Shown here: positions 11,664-24,100 of the stretch, piece by piece
Numbering within the stretch: position 1 is the first letter of the stretch
Layout: the number at the start of each line of letters is the position of its first letter
From: Prorocentrum cordatum
Lineage: Eukaryota
Direction of reading: 5' to 3'
DNA length: 64,000 nt
Assembly (NCBI GenBank): GCA_963575745.1
Contig: CAUYUJ010000070.1
Coordinates: 558,001 to 622,000, forward strand
Program-made: the position numbers and the translations under genes
Notes under the pieces: generated by a model
The model's database searches: none
What the model was told of the DNA's origin: nothing
The model's input: only the letters and a program-made list of their open reading frames with translations

Positions 11664-12420
11664 TCCTCCACATAGTTAATGTAGTAGGGCTCGATGACGC
11701 CGTCGACCCCTTCAGACAGCAACACGCCGTTGTCGGACCAGCAAAACTCGATGTTGTCTCTCAAGGCCTGGCGCCAGTCGATCGAGACGATGATCTCGGA
11801 CTCAGGGCCCCATCCGCTCTGAACGTCACGACGCTGAAGTGTCGGAACGAAGTGGATATGTGATCGCCCGGCCCCTTTCCTCTTGGCGTTGTGCTCCTTG
11901 CGGCAGGAGGGGCCGACCCGCATGATGCCCTCGAAAGCCGCCCACCTTGCACCGTGAACAGCCGCGTCAGGGCACGGGGCCGGTCTCCCGGCTGGGTTGT
12001 CACACAATACGATGTACATGTACAACGACCAAGGGGCCTTGAGCTTCCACGAGTGCCCCTGCGAAGCGCGGACGAAAAGATCAGCCATGCCCGTCTCTCG
12101 CATCAAGACCTTGAACTGCAACCGCTGCTTTTCCTCTCCGTCGGACTCATGGACGTGGACGATCGACATCGTGATTGCAGCCATCTCGTCGACCGACCTC
12201 CTGTAAAAGGTATCGGAGATAATCTTGTGCTCATCGGATTTCGGGTAGTACCCGTCGCGCCGATTGCCGTCCCTCCAGGGAAAGTTGAGCACGAGGTCGC
12301 GGAGGTTGATCCAGACGTCGCGGTCGTCGAACGTCTTCAACTTCCATACTGGGTTGTACGGCCTGTCCGGCGCGTGCCTACAGATCCGACTGAGGCACTT
12401 GCTGAGCTGCTTGAGCTTGT
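11664..12420 (-). pseudogene. kptA: Tpt1/KptA RNA 2'-phosphotransferase domain within ORF 11093..12811
   Basis: LSKCLSRICRH, KQRL, VRASQGHS, HGA (HGT-like), RSHIHF and IVSIDWRQALRDNIEFCWSDNGVLLSEGVDGVIEP give the complete ordered Tpt1 motif set. Confidence 0.88.
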
Positions 12421-13508
12421 AGTTGGTGTTAGGAATGATGCCCCTCTGGCGGCAGCTCGTCATGAACGCCTCGTCGACCGAACGGATAGGAGGAAGCTTT
12501 CGTGGCGCACGCCGATCGAGAATCATCTCCAGGCTTCCGCTCGTGAATGAGGTGTCACCGGGGTGGCGCAGTTCATCTTCTGGTTGGGCTGCTGCCGCTG
12601 CTTCTGGAGCTGCTGCTGATGACGAGGCTGCGGCCCCTGATGATGAAGACAGCGGCGGCAGCGCCCAGCGGGTCTCCCCGCGACGCCTCTTGGCCAGCAC
12701 TGCTTTTGCTAGTAGGCACCCAGCGGCCCCGAGGCATGGCACCCTCCTCGGACTCCTTGGAGCGCGTCGCCACTGGCGCTGCAGGCGTAGGTGTAAACCT
12801 TGTACGCTCAAACGCCTTGGCCTTGTTGGCGAAGGAGCCGCTCCGGCTCGGCTGACGCCTGTGGACCTCTAGGGAGTCCTGCGGCTGTTGCATGGCGTCA
12901 GATCTCCGTGCAGGGCTTGCCCGGGCTGCTGGTATCGGCACCTCGGCGACGGGCCTTCCCATCTGCACGTTGAAGCCAAGCTCCTCGGAGTTGGTAGAAG
13001 GGTTATTCTGCTTTTCGCCTGAGGGCGTCCTATCTCCACGAGTCTCACTGTCGGAAGCCTTTGGGATCGTGGGAAGCTTCCTTGCTTCGGCTTGCGACTC
13101 CTGCAGCATTCGGCGAGTTGCCTCGCGACTGCGTTCTTCCGCCAACCGCTTGCGTTCTGCCTCTGCTGCGGCTCGTTGGACCTCCAGCTCGTCGTCGCTC
13201 GTCATTTCGCATGTGCGGGACTGGCTAAATACGCCAGGCGGGTTTTCCCGCGGCGAGCGAGTCATTGGGGAAGGAGGATCGCTGAGGCGCCTGGCCTCGA
13301 GACGGCTGTTGACCACGCTGATCTCTTCCTGAGTCATGGGCACAAGAGGTGGATGACCCTCCTTTGCAGGAGTGCGGCCTCTGTTGGGGCTCAGAACGTC
13401 GCTGGGGCCGACAGGACAGCCAGGTCGGTGTTCCTGGAAATCCTTAGAGCACGGGCCGCAGGCCGCGTCAGGCCTGCAGCGGCGGCGCTCCTCGACGACG
13501 GCTCTCAG

Positions 13509-13638
<130 letters not shown>

Positions 13639-15269
13639 GCACTGCCTCTTTACCAGGACGTCGAATGTTCGTAGCGACCTGATGTCCGCCCCGTATAGAC
13701 CTGCCCTGAGCGCCCCCGTAGATCGGATTGCCCAGTCCATAGGCAGAGCGTTCGCCCGTTCTGCGCCTGGGATCGTTGTAGGCCAGCAGCTGACCCCCGC
13801 GTCGGGCAGCGTGCTCTGCTGGAGCTGCCTGCCGATGCTCACGTGGGAGTCGTCCTTGGGGGTGTTGATCGTCTCTGGGACGCGTGTGTGAGCGAGACCT
13901 CCTGGCCCGGTCGCCTGCTGGTGGCGTCGCTGGCATGGCCTGGGCAGGAGTTGGCGTCGCGTGCTGGACAGGAGTGGGCGGCACATGGTGGGCAGGCAGG
14001 TCTCCCTGCTGGTGAGGGTCGGTCATGGCGTGGTCGTGTGCGGGTTGTCGTGCGTTGGTCTCGTCTTCGTCGAAGTCCACCTCCTCGTCCTCGCCGTCGA
14101 TGTTCGTCATGAGGATGGTGGTCTCGTCCTCGCACAGTCCACAGCAGTCCCCATCTTCGGCTTCTGAGGTCGGATTGCCATTGATAAGAGTCAACGGCCC
14201 ATTCGGGACAGGCAGGTTTCCCTGCTGTGGTGGCGTCTGCGCACCGCTAGGCTGTCCTGGCGTTGGTGGTATGATGGTCGGACCAGGCTCGTTACCGAGC
14301 TCGGCGTACGTCTCGAGCTGAGCGTAGTCGTAGGAGGGCTGCCCGATGATGTTGCGCATAGCCGTATGGCCGGGGTAGTACCACGCCGCCTGGAGACCCC
14401 ATCCAGGCGGAGGAGGTGGCTGTTCGCTGCTGGTGCCGGGCCCGTTTCCGAGCTCATCTTCGCGCTCGTGGGTACGAGCATGGCCCCGCTCGCGCGTGGT
14501 GATGGCCCGCTGAGGGGCTTGGCGCCAGCGCCCCCTCGCGCACCATAGGTGCCGCTGTACGTCGTCGGGGAGCGCACTGTCGATGAGAGAGAAGGCAGCC
14601 GTCAGCAAGTCCGCGTCGTCACAAATGTCTGAGTCCTGCAGCATCATTTGGCCGCTCTCGACATTTTGCTGACTGTATGGATACTCTTCAGTTTGAGCGG
14701 CATGCATCTGCATGAGGGTCTGCAACGCCGTGTATGGTCCGTACACACCCGGCGCGAGCATGCCAGGTGGCTCATGCGGGTTGCCTGGCACGCCCGCGGT
14801 GAAAGCATGGGCCTCCGTCTCCATCAACTCGCGGTAGTGTGGCTGGTACACTGGAGTAGGCCCGTTTCTGGGCAAGGGGTCGAACTGGTGCTGAATGTCA
14901 CACTCAACCTCCGAGGGCGTGGCTTCGGCGGTGTCGACCTCCATCTCGTCCTCGTCGCTGCTCTCGAAGGCCATGATGTTGCCTGGATTGCCGAACATCC
15001 AGTCATGGAACGAAAGGGGCTGGTTTCCCAGCGCCCCGCCCTCAACAGGCGTGAGCTCGACGGCTCCGATGTTGCACAGGCGGAGGCACTCGAGGTAGAA
15101 GGCGTAGAGCCCGTGGCCGCACGCCCCGATCTCGTCCAGCGCGTCCATGTTGCTGACCCACGTGAAGAAGATCTGCTCCATGGCCTCGAACTGCTGGAGA
15201 CTGAAATACTCAATCGCGGGTTCACTTGAGCCCAAATGAACCTCGGACGTTCTACCCTTTCCGTTCCCC

Positions 15270-16600
15270 TCCACTGGACAATCCTTCACAAGATGGTCTG
15301 GGTGATCACATCCATGGCACTTCAAGATTTGGCCTTCTCTACCTCGCGGGTTTCCCCGCCTACCTTTGCCTTTGCCTGAGGTTCCCCCACGGCCTTTCCC
15401 ACGACCCTTTCCCCCGAAAAATATTTCGTCATACTGATCGTCTGAGAGCCTCTGGAGGAAAGTCGTGATGCCCCGTCCGTTCAACCTTCGGCGACCCCGT
15501 TTGCCCTTGCCTTTGCCCTTGAAGCTCCTCCTGGTCCTCCTCCTCCCGCGACGCACTGGTTTCGTGTAAACCTCCTCCACCTACGCTTTGCTTGCTGTAA
15601 TAACCAAAACAGATGCTCGGCACGCTGATCGCCACTTTCTATTTGCATGATATCTGACCAATCGAACGGTTCGACACCACCTGACGATATCGCGTCGGTG
15701 TCAGTGTCTGAGTCAAAGTCATCATCTCCTAAGTAGGTGGATACTCCGCCGCTCAGTGGGTTCGCTTCCCCCCATAGACAGAGGCGAGGCTGAGGTTCTC
15801 TAGGAGGAGGGCTGGTTGCCAAACTAGGTTGTGATATATCCCCTGCTAGTAGTGCGGTAGTTTCACCAGGATCGTCGGCCCATATGTTTGCGGGCACATT
15901 TCCAGGCTGAGCACCAGAGGTTAAGGTAGTATAGACAGTTCCACTGCCAGTTCCCCTTCCCCTTCCAAATACTGATCCAATATTCCCAGGAGGCCGTTCG
16001 GCCAAATGGCCAACCGAGCGCATCCTCTCACACAGATATTCATACTGTTGCTGTGTTCGGGGCAATTGATGGTTCAGTGGTTGTACGAGTTGCATGGCTC
16101 GCTGGTTGCCGACGCCTAAGGCGCGGAATAGGATGGTCGTAAGTAGCTGGAAGCTGTGAAGATCAAAGCCCACCGAATGTGCCTCAAGACGGGCCATTTC
16201 GAACCGCGCGAGGGTTACGTCGATTCGCTCTCCGTGAGGCACGTGGAAGTCGATGAGCTGAGTGCCTGAGGTGAGTTGGCGCTCGTCCTCTAGGCGTTCG
16301 AACTTCATGTTTAGGAGGAACATGATATATGTTACTGGGTCGGTGTGGACACCGCCGATGTCCGCACCATTGTTTATGATGTCAGGATGTCAGGTGGAAC
16401 CCTCATGGCGAGTGTCCTCGCGAGGCCGCCCAGGCCGCGTTGGATGGCGGCCGCTTGGGCTTGTGGCGTCATGCGCCCGCTCGTGGCGTTAAGCCACGCG
16501 TTGGCCTCGCAGACGTAGTCGCGAAAGGGTGCGTTGCCTTGCGGGTCCCAGTAGGGGCCATGTGCTTGCCCATCAGTTCCGTTGTCTCCTCGGCGCATGT
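15270..16600 (-). pseudogene. Gag-like region with CCHC zinc knuckle (frameshifted over three ORFs)
   Basis: PYWDPQGNAPFRDY...W...T N-terminal motif, helical capsid-like ORF 15481..16323, GKGKG repeats and CHGCDHPDHLVKDC at about 15278-15320. Confidence 0.8.
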
Positions 16601-17039
16601 GTCCGATTGCCGCGCCCAGCGCGAACCATAGAATGGCGAGGATAACCAAACCCAGGCTGTGGAGGTATGGCTGGCTATCGGGCGCGTTGCCGCGCTGGGG
16701 CATGGGTGGTTGCGCCTTGTCAAGTCTGCGAGGCGCCTTGTCTTGCGGGTCCCCCCGCTTGAGTTTCAGGTACTGCGCCTTCGGCTCGTTTCCGAGCGGT
16801 CGGTGATAGCGTAGTGATGAAGCGTATGTGGTACCAATGTTGTTGTCTAGACGTCGTACCTCTCGTGTTGCTTCTTGGTCTTGAGTTGGTCCTCGTAGGT
16901 GTTGGTGGAGTGGTAGCGCAGGGTAGAAAGTGGTCACGAGGATCGTGCCCAGTAGCATAAGTGTGAGAAGGGCAAGAGCTGACCACACGAGAGTGCGGCC
17001 AGCTCCGCTACCAAGTCCAAAGTGAGCTCGGTAGGTCAC
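16374..17039 (-). CDS. First ORF of the element: two hydrophobic segments in frame with the Gag N-terminus
   Basis: LVWSALALLTLMLLGTILVTTFY and LGLVILAILWFALGAAIG precede the PYWD motif; the true start codon is uncertain. Confidence 0.5.
   Translation of the reverse strand: MTYRAHFGLGSGAGRTLVWSALALLTLMLLGTILVTTFYPALPLHQHLRGPTQDQEATREVRRLDNNIGTTYASSLRYHRPLGNEPKAQYLKLKRGDPQDKAPRRLDKAQPPMPQRGNAPDSQPYLHSLGLVILAILWFALGAAIGHMRRGDNGTDGQAHGPYWDPQGNAPFRDYVCEANAWLNATSGRMTPQAQAAAIQRGLGGLARTLAMRVPPDILTS
17003..17013 (-). promoter_or_regulatory. Primer-binding site TGGTAGCGGAG (probably tRNA-iMet)
   Basis: Abuts the 5' LTR, begins with TGG (complement of CCA) and resembles known iMet PBSs such as TGGTAGCAGAG. 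Confidence 0.85.
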
Positions 17040-17254
17040 ATTGCATCCAATTCCATGTCGGGGAATACGATATGGGTATGTGGATGGGTAGGATAGGAGA
17101 AGATCGGCGTACCGATCTTTTCAGCACATGGCGAATACCATGTCAGGTATCCGGGCAAATAGGGCGCGCGTGCCTTAAGCCATAAGGCAGCGACGCGCAG
17201 GCTATACTGCCGTGTATATATATATATATACCCCCAAAGAGCTACCCTTAAAGT
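17014..17254 (-). repeat. 5' LTR (241 bp)
   Basis: Direct repeat of 898-1134, followed on the minus strand by the PBS. Confidence 0.95.
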
Positions 17255-17259
17255 AGAGG
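17255..17259 (+). repeat. 5-bp target-site duplication AGAGG (right copy)
   Basis: Matches 893-897. Confidence 0.9.
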
Positions 17260-17939
17260 GGCCCAGATGGGGTCATCCATGCTTCCCGGACGCATCAGTG
17301 ACACAGGCTCTAGCACCACGCACCCACCCCGCTTGTGCAGAGCAGTCCTGGAGACTCTTTGTCCAATCCAGCCGACGCAGGCACAGGTCTCAGAACTCCC
17401 TCCCTCACGCCACCCTCTCCCAATTTTACCTCCCTACTTCGCTCCCTTTCCTTCGCCTCCCTTCCTGCAATCCGTTCCCTCGCCTAGGTCCCTGTCGCTC
17501 CCCTCCCTTCCCATTCCTCCTCTTTGTCTAACAGTCTGTCCCGATACACCCATACAGATACCCCCCTTGCCCGAATTCCGATAAGACGGCGCCTTCTTGA
17601 AGCATATCTTGCACTGGGTCTTGGCTGCTATCTGCTGGATGTGCGAACCTCGGCGGCAAATTACGGACAACCCATCACATACATGAATCGGAAAGGAGGG
17701 GCGCAAGGAGGAGGAAGGAAAGAGAGCGAGGGTGCAGCAGCGGGAGCGAGGGGAAAGGAACCAAAGGTAGCAGGGGAACGGGAAAAGCGAACTGGAGGGA
17801 GCGAGAGCAATCGCGGAAGGGAAGCACGCTGGAATGTAGTAGCCGAACTGGGCGCAGGGCAGGACATGTAACGACGGAGACAGGCAGAACAAGATGGGAA
17901 CTAGACGACGCCAAAATAGCCGCAACTGGCAATCGTGAG

Positions 17940-18642
17940 TGTATACATATATACATATACATGTAGGTATACATCTGCATGCATGCATGCATGCATACCT
18001 GCATGCGTACATGTACATACGTACCTGCATGCATGTATACATGTATACATGCATGCATGCATGCATGCATGCATACATACATACAGCCATACAAGTGTAA
18101 ATGCATACATCTATACATACATGCGTATATACAGATGTGAATCCATATGTATGTACATACCTGCGTACCTACCTACGTACATTCATGCATACGCACATAC
18201 ATGCATACATACTCGCACTCATGCATGCATACGTATATACATATATATATACATAGATACATGCATGCATGTATGCACGCATGCATGTATGCAGGTATAC
18301 ATACATGCATATCTGCAGACAAACATACATACATATATACATACGCACACATAGTTATATACACCTAATTACATACACATATACATAGATGCACGCATTC
18401 ATCCATCCATGCATCCATCCATCCATACAGTCGTCCATCAATACATACATACATGCATGCATGCATGCATGCATGCATACATACATGCATACGCATATGC
18501 ATGCATACACATGCAGGCATGCATACATACAGCCATACAAACATGCATGTGTGCATATATGCACACATGCATTTCGGCACACATACACATACATGCATGC
18601 AGGCAGACAGACAGACAGACAAACATACAGACAGACAGACAT
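17940..18642. repeat. Compound tetranucleotide microsatellite (CATG/CATA/CATC/CAGA)
   Basis: Directly visible. Confidence 0.95.
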
Positions 18643-19065
18643 ACTCCCATTGTTCTATATTTCTATCATGTGGGACCCCTGCGGACCCCCTCCCCCTTCG
18701 GGATCCCCGGCGCCCAGGGCTCCTGGACGTCCCCTCAGAGGGTCCGGCAAGATGTCCCGGCCCCCAGAAGTCCCTGCCAAGCCTTGCAAATGGGTCGGCG
18801 GCGGTCCCAAGAGACCCCCATAGACGGTCCAAGATGGCCTCCAGCGGCTCCACACGCCCGAAGACAATACAAACTTCACCCCCGAGGGCTTTCGAAACGC
18901 AGAAAAAAACATCCCAGCAAAGCCTCCTAACAGCGATGTGTAGGAGCATATCTGGAACCATTCCCCTTAAGATTCAGATGAGAATCCAGTTGTAGAATTC
19001 TGCTGTTCTCGCAGTCGTAGTCGCATTCGCGATGACAGTCGCAGTGGCAACGGCAGTCGCAATTC

Positions 19066-20568
19066 ACAGCCTCAGCCTCAGCCTGCCTCAGCCTCAGCCT
19101 CAGCCTGCCTCAGCCTCAGCCTGCCTCAGCCTCAGCCTCAGCCTGCTTCAGCCTCAGCATCAGTCTGCCTTCAGCCTCGGCCTCAGCCTCAGCCTGCCTC
19201 AGCCTCAGCCTGCATCAGCCTCAGCCTCAGCCTCAGCCTGCCTCAGCATCAGCCTGCCTCAGCCTCAGCCTCAGCCTGCCTCAGCCTCAGCCTCAGCCTG
19301 CTTCAGCCTCAGCCTCAGTCTGCCTTCAGCCTCGGCCTCAGCCTCAGCCTGCCTCAGCCTCAGCCTGCATCAGCCTCAGCCTCAGCCTCAGCCTGCCTCA
19401 GCATCAGCCTGCCTCAGCCTCAGCCTCAGCCTGCCTCAGCCTCAGCCTCAGCCTGCTTCAGCCTCAGCCTCAGCCTCACTCAGCCTCAGCCTCGGCCTCA
19501 GCCTCAGCCTGCCTCAGCCTCAGCCTGTCAGCCTCAGCCTCAGCCTCAGCCTGCCTCAGCTCAGCCTGCCTCAGCCTCAGCCTCAGCCTCAGCCTCAGCC
19601 TCCTCAGTCTGCCTTCAGCCTCGGCCTCAGCCTCAGCCTGCCTCAGCCTCAGCCTCAGCCTCAGCCTCAGCCTCAGCCTGCCTCAGCATCAGCCTGCCTC
19701 AGCCTCAGCCTCAGCCTGCCTCAGCCTCAGCCTCAGCCTGCTTCAGCCTCAGCCTCAGTCTGCCTTCAGCCTCGGCCTCAGCCTCAGCCTGCCTCAGCCT
19801 CAGCCTGCATCAGCCTCAGCCTCAGCCTCAGCCTCAGCCTCAGCCTCAGCCTCAGCCTCAGCCTCAGCCTCAGCCTCAGCCTGCCTCAGCCTCAGCCTCA
19901 GCCTGCTTCAGCCTCAGCCTCAGTCTGCCTTCAGCCTCGGCCTCAGCCTCAGCCTGCCTCAGCCTCAGCTGCCTCAGCCTCAGCCTCAGCCTCAGCCTCA
20001 GCCTGCCTCCTCAGCCTGCCTCAGCCTCAGCCTCAGCCTCAGCCTGCTTCAGCCTCAGCCTCAGTCTGCCTTCAGCCTCGGCCTCAGCCTCAGCCTGCCT
20101 CAGCCTCAGCCTGCATCAGCCTCAGCCTCAGCCTCAGCCTGCCTCAGCCTCAGCCTGCCTCAGCCTCAGCCTCAGCCTCAGCCTCAGCCTCAGCCTCAGC
20201 CTCAGCCTGCTTCAGCCTCAGCCTCAGCCTCAGCCTGCCTCAGCCTCAGCCTCAGGCCTCAGCCTCAGCCTCATCAGCCTGCCTCAGCCTCAGCCTCAGC
20301 CTGCCTCAGCCTCAGCCTCAGCCTGCTTCAGCCTCAGCCTCAGTCTGCCTTCAGCCTCGGCCTCAGCCTCAGCCTGCCTCAGCCTCAGCCTGCATCAGCC
20401 TCAGCCTCAGCCTCAGCCTGCCTCAGCATCAGCCTGCCTCAGCCTCAGCCTCAGCCTGCCTCAGCCTCAGCCTCAGCCTGCTTCAGCCTCAGCCTCAGTC
20501 TGCCTTCAGCCTCGGCCTCAGCCTCAGCCTGCCTCAGCCTCAGCCTGCCTCAGCATCAGCCTGCCTCA
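19066..20568. repeat. (CAGCCT)n hexamer satellite with CAGCCTGCCT variants
   Basis: Directly visible, about 1.5 kb. Confidence 0.97.
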
Positions 20569-21002
20569 GCATTCAAAATGTGGCCCAGGAATGGAGTTCT
20601 GGGAACTCGAAGAACACGAAGTGGCCTACAGTTGGCTCCGGGCATTCAAAATCATGCCCAGGAATGGAGTTCTGGGAACTCGAAGACCACGAAGTGGCCT
20701 ACAGTTGGCTCCGGGCATTCAAAATCATGCCCAGGAATGGAGTTCTGGGAACTCGAAGACCACGAAGTGGCCTACAGTTGGCTCCGGGCATTCAAAATCA
20801 TGCCCAGGAATGGAGTTCTGGGAACTCGAAGACCACGAAGTGGCCTACAGTTGGCTCCGGGCATTCAAAATCATGCCCAGGAATGGAGTTCTGGGAACTC
20901 GAAGACCACGAAGTGGCCTACAGTTGGCTCCGGGCATTCAAAATCATGCCCAGGAGTGGAATTCTGGGAACTCGAAGACCACGAAGTGCGTTACTGTTGG
21001 CT
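20569..21002. repeat. 73-bp tandem repeat, about 5.9 copies
   Basis: GCATTCAAAA unit starts at 20569, 20642, 20715, 20788, 20861 and 20934. Confidence 0.95.
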
Positions 21003-21159
21003 AAAAAAATCCCCGGCATCCTCCCCTGGATCGCGCCCAGACCCCCCTGGGGCGTCAAGATGCTCTCTTTTGACCCTACTAGAAACCTATCAGTCTTCGC
21101 TGTTAGGTAATAACTGTCCATTGTTTTTTGTCCGATTTGGTATTCTCGACTGTTCAACG

Positions 21160-24100
21160 TTGCGGGCGTCCGAGAACGCCCGAGAGGCATCGAAAATCAT
21201 TCCAAGACGACCAAAAAACATTCCGAACACCCAAGGAGATCCCCAAGACGGCCCAAGAGGGCTCAGACACTGCCCACAGAGGGCCCCATGACGGCCCAAA
21301 ATTGCTCCGAGACGCCCTCCAGAAGCATTCAAGCCGTGACTCGAGACAACGGGTCGCGGCATGATGGCCCGATGAACCCCCAAGAGGCCTCCAGAAAGCG
21401 CCAGGGACGTCTCCAGAGGCGCCCGATGGAGCCCTAAAAAGTTTGTGCGAAGTATAACGGAAATAGCAACCAAGAGCGATCGCTGTTCTCATTGATCTAC
21501 CTCTCTCTCACTATGCCTGCATGTTGGACGTGAAGGACCAACGAGCGTTGCGCGAAGCGCCAATGCAGTCTTGTGCGTATGTACGTAAAGATGCAGGTAT
21601 GTAGGTATATAGATGAACATGTTTATAGGCACATGCACATACAATGTGGTACATACTATATATGCATGTGTGCTCATATGTATATGCATCTATATACGTG
21701 TATACACAACTATGTCTATATAGATATACATATAGATAGATATATAGATAGATAGATAGATAGATCGATAGATAGATGGGTGTATAGATACACACCTCCA
21801 CCGCCGTTCCTTAGAATTCTCTGCATATAATAATGTAGATATTGTGCACGGGGCCCACAACCCTGAGTTCCGGGCGTTCTCGAGCGCTCTGGGGCGTTCT
21901 TGGCCGCTCTCGTTCGCTCTTGGCCGCTCTCGCGCGATCTCAGCGCGTTATGCGGGACATGCATGTCCAACTTTGTTTCAGATGGCCCCAGGGGCCGTCC
22001 TGGAGCCTTCTTTGGCGCCCCTGGGCCGTCTTGGAGGCCCTGGACAGCGGCCCACGAAGCAAAATGTGTCAAAATCCGTTGCATTTTTATGTTTCAGCAT
22101 TACCGCCGTCTCGGTCAGCAGAGCCTCCGAAACGACCCAGGAGGCGCCTAAGATCGCCCCGAAGCGGCACAAAAGCCCCGAAGAGGGGCCCAAGAGGCCA
22201 CCAAGACGTCCAAAGAGGGGCCCAAGATGGGGAACACGAACTGATACTTTGAGCCCTAGGCCCCAAGCTGGTCCCAAGGTCCCCCCCCGAAGCAAGCGAG
22301 GTGCGCCCAAGAGGCCCAAAAAGGCCCCATCTAGGCCCCGAAAGGCCCAAATCAGGCTCCAAGAGGCCCCCAAGACGCCCCAAGACCCCCCCAAAACCGT
22401 ATCCAATAGGCATCCGAGGGGGGCCCCCCAAGAGATCCTCACCGGCACCAAAGAGGCCACTGACCTACAACCAAGGCAGGGTAGCGAGATGTGCCGAAGG
22501 CCACTATATCCACCGCCCCCTGCTGGCTTGCCACAAGGGTGCCTGGCGGGCTGAGGTTCAGGAGCTTTTGGTTATTTGGGAACTCCCCCTGTGGCTTCGG
22601 CCCAGCGCGCCGGCCACCCGGAATTTGCAACGACCGTTGGTCTCACCGGTCGAAACGGCTCCCAGGTGGCCTGCAAGACAGCCAAGATGGCCACAAATTC
22701 GCCCAAGATGATCCAACATGGCCTCCAACACGGCCTAAGAAGGTCCAAGATGCCTCCAACTCCTCCCAAGAAACCACCACGACGGCCCGAGATGGCTCCA
22801 AAATGGCCCTCAGACGGCCCACGAGGCCTCCAAGACGGCCCAAAAGGCCTCCAGAAGGGTATCCAAAAAGGCCCGAGGAGGCAAGAACCATTGATCCACC
22901 ATAGGTGTTTTGAAGGATTTGGGCAGTTGCTTCTGTTCGGCTTCCCGACGGCCCGGGACGGCCCAAGAGGCCCCCGAGATCGCCCCAAGATCGCCCAAGA
23001 GGCCTCCAAGATGGCCCAATGACGACTCAAGAGGCCTCCATGACGGCCCTGGAACGCCCCAAGATGGCCCCAAGTCGGTTAAGAGAGGCTCCCAAGACGG
23101 CTTCCGACGGCGGCAGACAGGCCAGGAACGCCATAAGACTGCCAAAGAGGCCCCGAACACGCCCCCAAAGGCCCCCTTCCCAGAAGCCCCGAGGGAGCTC
23201 CTAGGAGACCCCAAGCATGGCCCAAGAGACTTCCAAGAGGCGCCCCCCTTCTCCTCCAGCGGCGCGCGCAGGTTTCCCGCGCGGCCGGAGCGCAACCTCC
23301 CCAACCCACGCGCGACCTACCGCTCGGCGGCGAGCCGCCCCCGAGGAGGAAAGGGTGCGCCAGCTGGGGCCTATACCTCGGCATGCCCGGGGAGCGTAGG
23401 CGAGCGCCACCATGTGCACACGGTCCCACCGCCTGGCGCCGCGGTCCCACCGCCAAGCGCCAGCCGCGAGGTCCAGCCCGGCAGCCCCTGCGCTGCCCCT
23501 CGCCCGTGCCGCCAGCGGCTGGGCGCCTCGCCGCTGTCAGTGCGCGCCGCCCTGCGCCTGCTCCGCGAGCCGCGCCGCCTCAGCGCCCGCGCCCGCGCCT
23601 CCAGCGCGCCGCCGCCGCCGCCGCCGCCGGGCCGCCGCTGGTGCGGTGCGCTCCCAGCTTCGCGCGCCTCCTCCGCGAGCCCGCTGCCCAGCCACCCCGC
23701 TGCCCTGCCAGCACGCTCCACGGCCAGCTCGCCGGCCCCCTGCCGCCCCCCTGCCGCCCGAAGCAGCGCCCCTGGCGCCGCGCGCCGCTCGGTGCCGCCG
23801 CGGGCCCGCAGCCCTGCCGGGCAGCCGGCCCCCTGCTGCCCGCGGTGCCCCGCCTCCCCGCCGCCGGCCGCCGCCCCGCGCCGAGCCAGCCGCGGTCTGG
23901 CGCCCCTCTGAGCCGCCCGGCTCCAGCGCCGCGGCCGCCGCCGCGGCCGCCGCCTCCAGCCGCTTCCATGCCTTCAGCCGCCTGCCTCTTCCTCGCCCTC
24001 GCCTGGCGCCGCGGTGCCCTCTGGCCGCCCGCTGGGGAGAGCAGCGCCCGCGAGGCCCGTTGGCCCTGACTCAGCGGCGCTGGCGCCAGCCCGTCTCGCA

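Larger units (their letters stand above)
18911..21113 (-). mobile_element. Non-autonomous DINE-1/HINE (Helentron)-like element, copy 1
   Basis: Ends shared with 27732-30272; subterminal inverted repeat CCTAACAGCGA (18926-18936) / TCGCTGTTAGG (21097-21107); internal microsatellite and 73-bp tandem repeats. Confidence 0.6.

Noticed and set aside
20569..21002. 73-bp repeats as a CRISPR array
   Set aside because: Head-to-tail near-identical units with no unique spacers, no cas genes, eukaryotic context
19032..21110. 692-aa ORF
   Set aside because: Translation of stop-free CAGCCT satellite and tandem repeats
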